Notes: a model not told the origin generated them from the sequence alone. 64,000 nucleotides of DNA from a virus (IMGVR_UViG_3300005844_000001:11074-75073); one strand, 5' to 3'. Shown: positions 28,904 through 39,039, numbered from the stretch's first letter. Numbers and translations: made by a program.

Positions 28904-29447
28904 AAGAATGAGCGTAGAACCACGCGCCGGCGTCCTCCGGCTTGTCTTCCGGCAAAGTATTTACCTCGAGAAATCTTTCCTTAGCAAAGTCCAGTACCGC
29001 TTGATGGACTCCGTAGCTCGGGTTCAAGTAATCGTGGAAAGCCATTACTCCTTTCTCAACCAGCTTCGGATACCACGCTCGAATATCGTTCATCACGCCT
29101 TCGTAAGAATGGTCCGCGTCGATGTAAACGAGCCGCAAGCAGCGAGCTGGAATCCGCATCGCCACTTGCACTGAATCTCCTTTAAGAAAAGTGACCGCTG
29201 TCCGTACCGATTTCATTTTCTGCTTGGCTTGAGCGAAGTTGCTATCGTGCCAGGATTGCGGACAAGACGCATCTCCTTTCTGCGTCGGCACGCAAGCCCA
29301 ACGGTCGACGCAGTAAAGCGTGGAGAAGACAATCGGCCAGTCGAGCATCTCCCGGCTAAAGTTTCCCTCTGCTACTCCAATCTCGGCGATACCGCCGGGG
29401 ACGTTCTTGACCAGCTGCCACAAGTCACGTCGATATTGAATACTCAT
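28887..29447 (-). CDS. Class I SAM-dependent methyltransferase (Methyltransf_24-like)
   Basis: AEIGVAEG, VYIDADHSYE, MAFHDY. Confidence 0.9.
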   Translation of the reverse strand: MSIQYRRDLWQLVKNVPGGIAEIGVAEGNFSREMLDWPIVFSTLYCVDRWACVPTQKGDASCPQSWHDSNFAQAKQKMKSVRTAVTFLKGDSVQVAMRIPARCLRLVYIDADHSYEGVMNDIRAWYPKLVEKGVMAFHDYLNPSYGVHQAVLDFAKERFLEVNTLPEDKPEDAGAWFYAHSYADTV

Positions 29448-30388
29448 AAACCAGTCCGGTTGCCAAAAAGGTAATTCAAATAATCATAGCCATCGCCGCC
29501 CGGAGTATATTGGCCCTCGCGGATAATCTTCAACCCCTTTACCGGAAGCTCCAACTCGTAGAGGAGCAAAGAAAATTGAGTCTCCGGAGCGAAAACATAG
29601 TCATTCTTTTGAGCGGTATTGTAAGTATTGTGCTTCCGGTTCGTAATCAAGCCCATCCGATTAAGATTAGGGAACAAGCGCTCAGCTACTTCCCGCCCAG
29701 AGAACCAACAAAAGTCATCAGCCCATTCCATCTCGTCAAATGAGATATTGCCGCGCACGCTCCCGCAAACAAATAGGGCGTTCAAGTCGTCTATGTAGCG
29801 CCGGATATCCCAAGACCAATCTACCACGAAGTCTGGCCGCGCTCGCATAACGTAAGCATAGCGAGCGCCCCGCTGGACTTCGTACCGCTCCATAGCTTCG
29901 TAGCACGTCCGCACACGGTGATACTGGTCAACTACGTAGCCAATCCCGGCGTCTTCCGGCAGCACGTCGTTCCCACTACACGGCGGCGGCAGTCTTCGTA
30001 ATCTATTCTCCGCTTGATAGAGCTTGATTGCTTCAGCCATCTTCCGCCGGTTAAGCGCTACAGTCAGTTGGTCAGATAAGCTCTGGTCCTCAACGAACAA
30101 TATCTGCTTGAGCACTTCCGGCCCGAGCAACTCGGCAATCTCCATTACTTCCGAACTGGTAACCAGACGCTCCTCTCGCACGATAGTCTTGCCTTTCTCG
30201 TGCCAGGTTAAGCGGTTAGCTGAAGAGACAACCAGCGGAGTAGACGGAGCCTTGCGAAGCATATTTTTCCACGACGTCACAATAAAGACGTCCGCTTCAC
30301 TCGGCCGAGCTAAGTTGTCGCGCAAAGAGGGGAGCGAATTACGCCAACTCCCTAGCCGGCCGGATAATAAGATAGCTGTCTGGTTCAC
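29444..30388 (-). CDS. Putative glycosyltransferase-like protein
   Basis: AILLSGRLG, DVFI, YAYVMRARPD, APE; located inside the GT cluster. Confidence 0.55.
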   Translation of the reverse strand: MNQTAILLSGRLGSWRNSLPSLRDNLARPSEADVFIVTSWKNMLRKAPSTPLVVSSANRLTWHEKGKTIVREERLVTSSEVMEIAELLGPEVLKQILFVEDQSLSDQLTVALNRRKMAEAIKLYQAENRLRRLPPPCSGNDVLPEDAGIGYVVDQYHRVRTCYEAMERYEVQRGARYAYVMRARPDFVVDWSWDIRRYIDDLNALFVCGSVRGNISFDEMEWADDFCWFSGREVAERLFPNLNRMGLITNRKHNTYNTAQKNDYVFAPETQFSLLLYELELPVKGLKIIREGQYTPGGDGYDYLNYLFGNRTGL

Positions 30389-30630
30389 GCTCCCCGCTCG
30401 GCCATCGCTTTGTCCAGCTGCGCCACTTTTTCTGGAGTCAGCATGGCAATTACTTTTCGCGCATGCTCCGGCAGTTCCCGAAGGTGTTTGTCGCCGGGCA
30501 GTTTTAATACCCGCGATACGTCGAGCGTCAGCATCGTCATCTCGTTGATTTGGTTTTGCAGCTCGGCTAACTGCCGGCCGGCGTCCGGTTTGAGACTAGG
30601 ACTAGGGTTTGGACTAGGACTTGGATTCAT
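30385..30630 (-). CDS. Hypothetical protein with N-terminal PS repeats
   Basis: MNPSPSPNPSPS; ATGA overlaps. Confidence 0.55.
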   Translation of the reverse strand: MNPSPSPNPSPSLKPDAGRQLAELQNQINEMTMLTLDVSRVLKLPGDKHLRELPEHARKVIAMLTPEKVAQLDKAMAERGA

Positions 30631-31394
30631 AATTTTCCTTTGTTTTGGTTTGCTTCGTGCCATTCAAATTTCGTCGGGTCAAAGTCTTCCATACGTTGCG
30701 CGAACCAATATGGGCCGAGCTTGCTAAAGCCAGAGAAGATAGTCATCCCCTTGCCGATATCCGACTTGTTGTCTCGTTGAATAACGCTACCGGGGACGAA
30801 AGCGAAAGTTTGCAGCTGCGGTTGGATTTGAATCATTGCCCAGTCTATTCCCATACTCAAGTCCAGCCACTCGTCCAGCAAGTGCAATACTCGCTCAATA
30901 CTCCGGTCGCGCACGACGTAAGCGTAGGTGCAGAAAGCGCCGTAAGTCCGCATCATCCGCGGGTCGTCCGTAGTCTCTGCGTCCCGACCCAAATCTTTCT
31001 TGTGCCAGTATGGAGGATTGACGTGGAAAGTGGCACCCAGCCACAAGATGTCCCACCAATTGCACTTCGCTAAGAACTGCTCCATATAATGCAACCGCAA
31101 GTGGAAGTCTTTGCAGAATATCAAATCGTCTTCCATTACCCAAGCGTGCTTCTTTTGCTTGAGCGCTTCTTGCATGATTTTGACTTGAGAAAACCAGCAC
31201 CCTATCGCTCCAGGAGTCCGGTTCTGCATAACTTCTACTCGCTTAGAGTTGCCTTTGTATTCGCTAGGGAGCATCCCGCGCACGCGAGTAGCGGGGATAT
31301 GAGCTTCGTCGCAAGCTTTAGTCATCAAGTCCAAGCGGTCCCAACGGCTATCGAGGTTGACGAACCGAATACAGCTTTCTTCGATTAAGTTCAT
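30627..31394 (-). CDS. Glycosyltransferase family 25-like
   Basis: FVNLDSRWDR, GAIGCWFSQ, WVMEDD, WDILWLG, TYAYVV. Confidence 0.88.
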   Translation of the reverse strand: MNLIEESCIRFVNLDSRWDRLDLMTKACDEAHIPATRVRGMLPSEYKGNSKRVEVMQNRTPGAIGCWFSQVKIMQEALKQKKHAWVMEDDLIFCKDFHLRLHYMEQFLAKCNWWDILWLGATFHVNPPYWHKKDLGRDAETTDDPRMMRTYGAFCTYAYVVRDRSIERVLHLLDEWLDLSMGIDWAMIQIQPQLQTFAFVPGSVIQRDNKSDIGKGMTIFSGFSKLGPYWFAQRMEDFDPTKFEWHEANQNKGKL

Positions 31395-31921
31395 AAAGCA
31401 GGCAAGCGAGCGACGAGAATATCACCAATATATTCAGAAGAGTTGACGAAAGAGATTTCAAAGTCTGGATTGATTCTAGCCAGAGCCATCTTTACTTCGT
31501 CCAGCGCGGGGAGCTCTCCACCGAACAAGCGCACGTCATCAATCAGTATCGTATGGTCTTTGATTTCGTGCATACTGATAAGCAGCAGCTCTTCTATCAA
31601 GGGACAATCTTCCATATCTCCGCTACCAGAGCCGCAAGCGTGAGCGTCGAGCCAGAACGTGCAGCGGGTCGTTACTTGTGGAAGCAATTCGCGCAAGAAC
31701 TGGCGAGAATCTGTATTGTAAATATGGACCTTAGTCCCAAATTTCTCAAACCGACAACAGCACCAACCATAGTCAAAGGGGTTGAGCTCTACCGAGTAGA
31801 TGCACTTAAACCCGGCGTCTAGCGCTGCTTGAATTCCATTGCCGCGATGGCTCCCCGTCTCGATAAAGACCTGGTTGCGGTATTCGCTCAAGAAGTGTTT
31901 GGGACGAGGGATTGGCATCAA
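31391..31921 (-). CDS. Putative SAM-dependent methyltransferase
   Basis: FIETGSHRGNG, YSVEL, FWLDAH, ILIDDVRLF. Confidence 0.75.
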   Translation of the reverse strand: MMPIPRPKHFLSEYRNQVFIETGSHRGNGIQAALDAGFKCIYSVELNPFDYGWCCCRFEKFGTKVHIYNTDSRQFLRELLPQVTTRCTFWLDAHACGSGSGDMEDCPLIEELLLISMHEIKDHTILIDDVRLFGGELPALDEVKMALARINPDFEISFVNSSEYIGDILVARLPAL

Positions 31922-32670
31922 TCAAGTCTTTCCCACTCGGGCGGCACGATGTCGCTCGTATCTAAATTCGCCCAGCCGGGAGTTATCCAGTGAGCTGGCA
32001 TAATGATTCTCTTCTCCACGTTCTGGTTCAGCCACGCTCCCCACCAACTGAACGTGCTGGCAGAGCAAATATGGTGCTCGCAACCAGACATCTTTTCCAA
32101 GTCGCTTTCTTCGTCCAATCCCTCCGAGAACCGGCAATCTGAACGAGCGCCAAACGTAGTCTTGCACCACTCGATATCGTCAGAGAAGAAAAGAAACTCA
32201 GCGCCAGGAAACTGTTCCATTGCCCGCTCATACCACTCCTTCGTTACCGGAGGGTGCTTGAACATGGCTCCACGCTTGACGGTCAAGTAGTCTCCACGCC
32301 GCACGTGCACTGATACCGTTCCGAGCAACGGAATCCAGCTGAAACTAAAAGCGTTCAGAATCTGGCGCCGGTAGTCCTTGAAATACTTTTCGCTCTGCCA
32401 GTAGCCGTCGAGGATAATATTCTTGCTGCGCCAATACTCGTCGAAAGCAATTAGCGAGTAGTTGTGCCCCTTTTCTTTCAGCTTCACCCAAGTATTCTTC
32501 GGGTCCCACTTGGGGTTGACCAAGTGCTGGAGATAAATCGGATGGTCAGTAGCGTCCCGAGTCGTGCTCGGTACAGTAAAGTCCAGCGCGTGCTTCCAAG
32601 CGTAAGCCATCGCAGTGGCAGCTTGAAAAAGAAAGTTGCCCATGCGCCCGACGTTGTGGAACGTAACCAT
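31918..32670 (-). CDS. Glycosyltransferase family 11 (alpha-1,2-fucosyltransferase-like)
   Basis: GRMGN.LFQ, GYWQSEKYF, HVRRGDY, FSDDIEWC, STFSWWGAWL. Confidence 0.93.
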   Translation of the reverse strand: MVTFHNVGRMGNFLFQAATAMAYAWKHALDFTVPSTTRDATDHPIYLQHLVNPKWDPKNTWVKLKEKGHNYSLIAFDEYWRSKNIILDGYWQSEKYFKDYRRQILNAFSFSWIPLLGTVSVHVRRGDYLTVKRGAMFKHPPVTKEWYERAMEQFPGAEFLFFSDDIEWCKTTFGARSDCRFSEGLDEESDLEKMSGCEHHICSASTFSWWGAWLNQNVEKRIIMPAHWITPGWANLDTSDIVPPEWERLD

Positions 32671-32743
32671 TATCGATTCTCCGTCCAGATTAAGAAGCCG
32701 ACAGTAGCTAAGAACACGACTGCAACTATTGCATCCGCCCAGT

Positions 32744-33442
32744 TCATCTCATTTCCCTTAGTTTCCGTTCGATTTGTTTTGCCAGATTGCCGGTCTTATG
32801 GCACTCCGTCTTGTAGTGGCTGCCAGCGTGAACCCGATGTTTGTAACATAAACGTGGAACAAAGTAAAGCCGGTTTCCGTCCTTAAGCCAGTTGTAATTT
32901 TGGAACAAGCTATCCGCTGTATGCGGGTCGACTCGCCCATCCCAAACTCTGGAATACTCGTCCCGGCGGAAGAAATAATTAGCCGTATTGAGCGCGGTAA
33001 GGAAGTGCGGACGGTCGAGGCAGCGAGCCACGTTGTGGCGGTCAATCGTCATGCCGGCCAAGTGCCGGTAGTCGAAGCACGGCGCGGCATGAGTCGGCAA
33101 GTAAGCAGTCTGCGGGTCCCACGGCATGATATGAAAGAGCGCATCCAGATAGTCGGGGCCCATCACGTTGTCAGAGTCAAATAGTATTACCCACTCGCCC
33201 GGCGCCCGCTCGACCGCTTCCTTCTTGTTCCGGTAGCAGTCGAGGTTCTGCGCGTTGCGCGACAAGAGCACATTCGGATTGCCAGCGAAGTGAGCGAGCA
33301 GCTTTTCCCAGCTGCCATCAGTACTGGCGTCGTCGGAGATAACAATCTCCCGAATACGCGGGTCGTCTTTGACTTGAGCGATAGCTTCGAGGAGAAAGTC
33401 GAAGCGATTGAAAGTGGTTAAAGCTAAAGTAACCTGCCTCAT
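32744..33442 (-). CDS. Glycosyltransferase family 2
   Basis: LTTFNR, IVISDDASTDGS, LFDSDN, HRVH. Confidence 0.9.
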   Translation of the reverse strand: MRQVTLALTTFNRFDFLLEAIAQVKDDPRIREIVISDDASTDGSWEKLLAHFAGNPNVLLSRNAQNLDCYRNKKEAVERAPGEWVILFDSDNVMGPDYLDALFHIMPWDPQTAYLPTHAAPCFDYRHLAGMTIDRHNVARCLDRPHFLTALNTANYFFRRDEYSRVWDGRVDPHTADSLFQNYNWLKDGNRLYFVPRLCYKHRVHAGSHYKTECHKTGNLAKQIERKLREMR

Positions 33443-33612
33443 TTGCCCATATAAAGTCTTTCAGCTTCTTCTCTCGATACGCCCCGCGCTATCGCTTGCT
33501 TTACCGCCAGCTCGTCTGCAGCCCGCTCGGCGCGAGGATTGTCCAGGATTTCCTCATGGATTTCTTTGTCTTGCTTGACTCCGCCTTCTATATAAAACAT
33601 TTCATCGCCCAT
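33439..33612 (-). CDS. Small helical protein downstream of MuF
   Basis: ATG 7 nt after the MuF stop; ATGA overlap with the GT2 gene. Confidence 0.55.
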   Translation of the reverse strand: MGDEMFYIEGGVKQDKEIHEEILDNPRAERAADELAVKQAIARGVSREEAERLYMGK

Positions 33613-33619
33613 AGTCTTA

Positions 33620-36130
33620 TTATCTCTTCTGCGCGATATACTCCCTAAAAACTTTGTAGTCATCGGCATTAGTTAAGTTCAAAGCGCCATTCCAATTACT
33701 ATTCAACAAAGCGGCTTTACCAACAGGTATCGGCTCTCCCTTTACAAATACTTTCCCGAATCCGAATCCCTTAATCGGGATAACTTCTTCCTTCAACGCG
33801 GCCAGCTCACGAATTGATTTGGGGTCTTTTGACGCGAAGATTCTTTCCAAAGCTGCCGCTGTCTCATCTGATACTGACATCTTGTTCGGTAAATAATTTG
33901 CGTCTCTTCTAATGCTCCTTTCCGCCGCTAACTCACTTTGTGAAATAAACCGAGCTCCAGTATATTTTTTCAATTCCTTCCACTCGAAAGCATCCGGAGT
34001 AAACCCGTATCGCGCCCACGCGTAGCCGCCCACGTCAATATTTGCATTAAGCTCAATTCTTTCCACACCGAGATGGTCCCATATTTTGATTTGATTGCTG
34101 GCAAGAGTTTTAGAGATAGACCCTCCCTGAAGCCCGTCTCCTAGCTTTAGATAAGAATTTTCAACCGTCTTTGTGACGGGGTGGTAATACCGATTGAAGC
34201 TTATGCTTATCTTGCCGATTTCTTCCTCTGTAGCACTTGCCGGAAACATACTTAGCGGCTGGTATCCAGCAAATGACCAACGTTCCCCAGACCGACTTAT
34301 TTGCAATTCAATCCCGTGCTTCTCTACTCCAGCCAGCATAACTTTTTTGAACTTCTCCGGACTCATACTAAAGTCTTTTTGAAACTTCGCTATGTCCTCC
34401 GGCGTGCCGAACTGTATTCCTTTAGCTCCCAAATCCCTTCGTATTATTCCCAACTGGTAATCTGTCTTCCCCTCCGTCACAATCAACTTGTCGGCAGCTT
34501 CCGTGAGGTGCCCTACTCCGTAGCGTTCGAAAGTAGCCGGCGCGGCTTCTTTGACTACTTCTTTCGCTGCGGCAGCTTTAAGCTCGTCCAACGTCTTCAA
34601 CGCTTCTTTAGTAAACTGCGAACCGTCCGCCACCAGCTCTACTTTCACTACCCGAGTAGAAATACCATTAATTACTTGCTGAGACTCGCTGACAATCCGC
34701 ATCCGAGAACCCGGCATCAATACAGCTTCCGGCAAATCGAATACTTTAGCATGAGTCACTACAGAACCCTTAGGGACGATTACTTCAAACACCACGCCGC
34801 GTTCCTCTCCAGACATCGCGTAGATTGACGCTCGCTCGGCGGTCAAACCCATGTGACGCACTCCGCTGAAAACTATCTCTTTTTCCTTTTGTTTGAGCAC
34901 TGCATCCACTCCAGCTTTATCTATCCCAAAGAAATACTTCACGTCTTCTTCGCTTATAAAACGAGGGTCCGAAATAATCTTCGCCATCTCTTCTATCCCG
35001 CGAATTTCAGGAGCTACTCCCCATTCTTTCATCTTAGCTACGCGAACCGGGTCAGCTAAGTCTCCAAAAGGATTTGTCAAACTACCAGGAAGCCCTCCCC
35101 TACTGACTAACTCTAATCCAGCTTCTCCCTCTTTAATAAAATTAGCCGACGCAAGAAAATCTTCCAAGCTAATCGGACTGGCTTCCAGTTGCGCTGGCTC
35201 TTCGGTAACTTTGCTCGCTTCGGCCGGTATCCACGCGCAGCGGCAATTCGGGTGGAGCGGAATTAGCCCGTGAGCGTCTTCCGCATCGAATACTTTTCCT
35301 TCCATACCGGCGCACTCTTCGCATACGCGGTCGTCTCCGGCAGTCGACCATTCCGCTTTGACTCCGAGCTCAGTTACTCCCAGACGCTCGAAAGCATCGA
35401 GCTGCCCCTCGGCGTGGGCGAAGATAGTCTCGGTGCGAGCAATCAATAGCGCCCGGGTATTCGTCAAGTTGTCGATATTGTCCGCCATCTCTTTGGCAAT
35501 CTCTGTAGGACCGCTCCCGTCAATCATCCCTTGCGACAGGATGCGGTTCATATTGCTCCCCATCTGCGCCGTCACGCCTTTCAAGTCTTCGAAAGAGCGA
35601 GTCGCTAGCAGTTCAATCTTCGACCGCGTTTCGGGCTGGTTGAAAGACTGGCGGAGAAACTCAGCTTGGCTTTGGTCGATATGCTTGGGGTCGGTCGAGT
35701 CGAGCGCACTACGGCTGGCGAGATAAGCGTTGAGCTGCCCTTGCTTGTAAGCGCTCGTAACGTAGGGAGTCATCCACGGCTTGTCGGCCGGCGTGCCTGG
35801 AGTCGCAGAAAAGATATCCGCTTTGACTTGTTGCGCGAACCATTCCTGGAATGCGCTTATCTTGCCGGCGTCAGTGCGGAATTGAAACTCCCTAGGGCTG
35901 GCGTGAGTGACAAAGGGGTTTGTCTTTTCTCCGAGCCCTAGCGCGTCCTGCTCCGCGATAAACTCCTTGACGTGCGCTTTGAGCTTGCGAAAGCGCCGAG
36001 CCATCTCAGCTACGAAGCGCTTCCGGACCATCGTAGTCCGCGTAGGGTCTTTCTTGAGCGGATTGGCTCGATTACGGACTAAGCGAGTCCGCAAGTCCAG
36101 TTTCGGCGGCTTAGCAAGAGTTAAAAGCAC
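33620..36130 (-). CDS. MuF / SPP1 gp7-like head protein with C-terminal ART-like and GNAT-like domains
   Basis: IARTET, WSTAGDDRVCEEC, IPLHPNCRC at ~aa 230-300, then ~530 extra aa. Confidence 0.85.
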   Translation of the reverse strand: MLLTLAKPPKLDLRTRLVRNRANPLKKDPTRTTMVRKRFVAEMARRFRKLKAHVKEFIAEQDALGLGEKTNPFVTHASPREFQFRTDAGKISAFQEWFAQQVKADIFSATPGTPADKPWMTPYVTSAYKQGQLNAYLASRSALDSTDPKHIDQSQAEFLRQSFNQPETRSKIELLATRSFEDLKGVTAQMGSNMNRILSQGMIDGSGPTEIAKEMADNIDNLTNTRALLIARTETIFAHAEGQLDAFERLGVTELGVKAEWSTAGDDRVCEECAGMEGKVFDAEDAHGLIPLHPNCRCAWIPAEASKVTEEPAQLEASPISLEDFLASANFIKEGEAGLELVSRGGLPGSLTNPFGDLADPVRVAKMKEWGVAPEIRGIEEMAKIISDPRFISEEDVKYFFGIDKAGVDAVLKQKEKEIVFSGVRHMGLTAERASIYAMSGEERGVVFEVIVPKGSVVTHAKVFDLPEAVLMPGSRMRIVSESQQVINGISTRVVKVELVADGSQFTKEALKTLDELKAAAAKEVVKEAAPATFERYGVGHLTEAADKLIVTEGKTDYQLGIIRRDLGAKGIQFGTPEDIAKFQKDFSMSPEKFKKVMLAGVEKHGIELQISRSGERWSFAGYQPLSMFPASATEEEIGKISISFNRYYHPVTKTVENSYLKLGDGLQGGSISKTLASNQIKIWDHLGVERIELNANIDVGGYAWARYGFTPDAFEWKELKKYTGARFISQSELAAERSIRRDANYLPNKMSVSDETAAALERIFASKDPKSIRELAALKEEVIPIKGFGFGKVFVKGEPIPVGKAALLNSNWNGALNLTNADDYKVFREYIAQKR

Positions 36131-36165
36131 GTAATTTAGCGCAAGGACACGCTTAGGAGCGATGT

Positions 36166-37659
36166 TTAAGCGTCGTTACGAGTAAACGGGGCCGGCTTTG
36201 CTGGCGCTCCGTTAGGCCGGCTTCCTGGCGGCTTCGCTCCAGGCGCCACGATAATCGGAACGGGGTCCGGCTTGCCAGCTTGCTTGAGCGTTCCATCTTC
36301 TTCCAGCGTCTGCTCTTCCGACGCGTCGACCACAGCTTGGGCTTCTTCGTCGCTCATGCCCAGTATCAACGTAAGGTAAAGGAACGGCGGCATCAAAGCG
36401 TCGACTCCGCCCTGCACGTATTTCGCCAGCGCGTTGGTTTGCTTCTCGGTCACATCGGCTTTCTCGGTATCGCTCGGGCTGTTCAAGTCTTTCCAGTCGA
36501 CGCACAGCGTATTTTCTTCCTTGAGCTCCGGCAGGATTCCGACGTTGACCAGCCGCTGGATAAACGGGCGCACGATAAACGGGTTCACGTAGTCTTGCCG
36601 CCGGCGGTTCAAGCGTCGATTCCAAGTCCGCGTATCCTGCCCGCTGGCCAACTGAGCTTGCTCGCTCCCAATCAGCACGCGCCACGGGACTCCGAGCGTA
36701 GCCGAGATAAGCTTGAGATGGACTTCCACGTGCGGACTGGGGTCAGCGATATTGACCGCGAGCGACTTTACTTGCAGCCCCACGGTAGCGATGTAGCGCT
36801 GGAGCCCGTTCATATAGTCTTCCATCTGCTTCTTCGTCGCGGGAATATCGAGCTCAATCTCTTCTCCGTCCTTGCCGGCGTTAGTTTCCAGGCTATAGCC
36901 AGGGAAGCCACCTTTCCAAAACATCTCGCCAGAACCGCCAGCTACTTTCCGCAAGTCGAGCAGGCGATTGAAGACTTTCTCCATGCGAGGCGTTCCATAA
37001 ATCTCCGAGTTGGTCCGGTTGTCTGCGATATGGATAATCCGGCTCCAGTGAACGTCCACCAGCTGCGTCGAAGAAGTCTCGTTAGTAGCCGCTGTATCAG
37101 CAAACTGAATTTGATAAGACGTCGGCAAGCCGTAGCGCGGGTTCGTCGCATCTCCTTGCAACGCTCCGATAGTCACCAGAGACTCGTCGAGCGGGCGCAC
37201 GTAAAGCAACTCCCGCTCCTGATTGCTGACTTTGTCTCCAGCTTCGTCTATTCCATCGACTGGTTGACTTAGCGGAAGCCCATCATCTATCCCTAGCAAA
37301 ATCACTCCGAACCGGCCGATGCCACTTAAGACGTCGGCCCGTTGGAGATAAGACAGGAGTGACATTCGGCCATTCAACTCTTTCCAAGCTGTCTCAAATT
37401 CCGTTTCTTCGGGGTCTTCAGTCTCGTAAATCTCGGGGTCGTCGCTCCACGTCTCTTCCGGAATTACGCTGACGACTCGCGCTGCCAGGTCGCCGCGCTT
37501 CCAGAATTGCACATAGTCAGAAGTAGTCAGAGAAGCGGGGTAGCCACATTCCTTGTCAAGGTCTTTGCGCGGGTCGAGTAGCTTGGCAAGCCACGCTTGG
37601 CGGGAAGTAAAAGTATTGCGAAGTAGTTGGGCGATATTGAACGTCGGTTTCTTAGCCAT
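36166..37659 (-). CDS. Portal protein (DUF1073-like)
   Basis: VHWSRIIH, YGTPRMEKVFN, GSGEMFW, VPWRVLIGSE; position between terminase and MuF. Confidence 0.88.
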   Translation of the reverse strand: MAKKPTFNIAQLLRNTFTSRQAWLAKLLDPRKDLDKECGYPASLTTSDYVQFWKRGDLAARVVSVIPEETWSDDPEIYETEDPEETEFETAWKELNGRMSLLSYLQRADVLSGIGRFGVILLGIDDGLPLSQPVDGIDEAGDKVSNQERELLYVRPLDESLVTIGALQGDATNPRYGLPTSYQIQFADTAATNETSSTQLVDVHWSRIIHIADNRTNSEIYGTPRMEKVFNRLLDLRKVAGGSGEMFWKGGFPGYSLETNAGKDGEEIELDIPATKKQMEDYMNGLQRYIATVGLQVKSLAVNIADPSPHVEVHLKLISATLGVPWRVLIGSEQAQLASGQDTRTWNRRLNRRRQDYVNPFIVRPFIQRLVNVGILPELKEENTLCVDWKDLNSPSDTEKADVTEKQTNALAKYVQGGVDALMPPFLYLTLILGMSDEEAQAVVDASEEQTLEEDGTLKQAGKPDPVPIIVAPGAKPPGSRPNGAPAKPAPFTRNDA

Positions 37660-37678
37660 GGCTGAGAACCCTACTACG

Positions 37679-38041
37679 TCAATTTGAAGTTACAAGCTTT
37701 TTAAGAGCTGCCACTTCTTCGGGGTGCTCGTCCCGCCACTGCTGCCAGCTCTCGTCCGTCAGCTTGAACTTTATCCAGGTAGGGTGGTCCGGTTTGGGAA
37801 CGAAGAGACAGACTCCTTCTTCGCAACATTCGCAGATAGACTTCCCCGATTCAGTTACGTAAAGATGCCCCGAGCAAAAGTAAAGGCCGCACCCAAACTC
37901 CCCGCCGTAGGGCTCGCTCCCGCAGACGTGTGATAGCCCGCGGTCTATCTCGACGTTGCAACCGGGGTAGTCGCAGTAGGCCGGAACGCCGTAGCCGATA
38001 TCCCGCTTCCACTTGCTATCGTATCCGATTGACCAGCCCAT
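37679..38041 (-). CDS. Cys/His-rich hypothetical phage protein
   Basis: GYGVPAYCDYPGC..IDRGLSHVCG..GCGLYFC..H. Confidence 0.75.
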   Translation of the reverse strand: MGWSIGYDSKWKRDIGYGVPAYCDYPGCNVEIDRGLSHVCGSEPYGGEFGCGLYFCSGHLYVTESGKSICECCEEGVCLFVPKPDHPTWIKFKLTDESWQQWRDEHPEEVAALKKLVTSN

Positions 38042-38192
38042 TTCGTATTCTCTTTTTATACGCCGCCTGCTTGCGCAGATGGTCGAGACACATATCGCTT
38101 ATCGCAAAGCTTTTATTGTTGCAGAAGATACACAGCCCCTTCTCCCGTTGCTTCGCTTGCCAGCGCAGCGTATTAGCGAGCCCTTGTCTCAC
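38016..38192 (-). CDS. Small zinc-finger protein (below the ORF-track length cutoff)
   Basis: GTG start overlapping the upstream TGA; GLCIFC..MCLDH. Confidence 0.5.
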   Translation of the reverse strand: MRQGLANTLRWQAKQREKGLCIFCNNKSFAISDMCLDHLRKQAAYKKRIRNGLVNRIR

Positions 38193-38347
38193 GGCCGCCA
38201 GATTTCAGAGTCGTGGTCTCTATACTCTCCATCTGGTGGCTGGTCTCCTTCTTCCTGAGCCAGCCATCGCCCAAGCATCCATCCAGCAATACAAGTTACG
38301 AGCGCTCCAAGAATTGCTCCGACAATAAAGCCGGTCATAAAGTTCAT
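38189..38347 (-). CDS. Small membrane protein
   Basis: FIVGAILGALVTCIAG TM helix. Confidence 0.55.
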   Translation of the reverse strand: MNFMTGFIVGAILGALVTCIAGWMLGRWLAQEEGDQPPDGEYRDHDSEIWRP

Positions 38348-38580
38348 TGCTTTACTTTCTCCTCGATGCGTTGGACGCAACGCTCCAGCGACATTTGAAT
38401 CTCTTCCAGCTCGGCTCGGTTCGGCGTCGTTCCGTTAGCTAAGAGCCGCATTATATACCTCCGAGCTGGACCTAAATCACCGACTAAGAACGCGGCCAGT
38501 CGCGGCGAGCCAAGCTCATCCAGACACTTGAGACAACAGTCGCTCAACGCAGTCCCGCAACGCACGCACTTACGTTTCAT
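38344..38580 (-). CDS. Small Cys-rich hypothetical protein
   Basis: CVRC..CLKC; overlapping start/stop codons. Confidence 0.55.
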   Translation of the reverse strand: MKRKCVRCGTALSDCCLKCLDELGSPRLAAFLVGDLGPARRYIMRLLANGTTPNRAELEEIQMSLERCVQRIEEKVKQ

Positions 38581-38833
38581 TATTCCCTTCTATATTTCTA
38601 GGGTCGTGCTTCATCCAGTTGCTCTTCGTCTTCTCTTGATACGTTATCCACTCTTTGAGCGCGGCAATAGCGCTTTCTCGCGTAGAGTTTGAAGCATAAT
38701 ACATCCGGTCGCTTTCTCCAGTAGGGAACGCGAACACGACAAAAGTATAGTTCTCCGGCAGCTTGTTTTGCACCAGCTCGCACATCTCCTGAATCCATTG
38801 CTGGTCTTTCGGACGAAACTTGTCTTTGCTCAT
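38570..38833 (-). CDS. Hypothetical protein
   Basis: FVVFAFP..MYYASN.TRE; ATGA overlap. Confidence 0.6.
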   Translation of the reverse strand: MSKDKFRPKDQQWIQEMCELVQNKLPENYTFVVFAFPTGESDRMYYASNSTRESAIAALKEWITYQEKTKSNWMKHDPRNIEGNNET

Positions 38834-39039
38834 TCTGGTCTTACCAAGTGCCAAGCTTCCATCAGCGCGTTAGACAAGTCCGTCGCTCCTAACGTGGTGG
38901 AGCTCTTTGTTTTTATCCGGACGACAGAAAACGAACTTCCGTGGTCCACCAGCTCATAGCCCCACTTCTTCAAGTGGACTTCGTAGCCTTCGTCAGTGGA
39001 AGGCTCTACCAGCTTCCGCACCTTAGTTTTCTTTTTCAT
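38830..39039 (-). CDS. Hypothetical protein
   Basis: ORF packed in the operon. Confidence 0.5.
   Translation of the reverse strand: MKKKTKVRKLVEPSTDEGYEVHLKKWGYELVDHGSSFSVVRIKTKSSTTLGATDLSNALMEAWHLVRPE

Noticed and set aside
36166-37659. Anti-CBASS Acb1 label sometimes given to DUF1073-like proteins
   Set aside because: Size and position indicate the portal; no paired HxT phosphoesterase motifs were noticed
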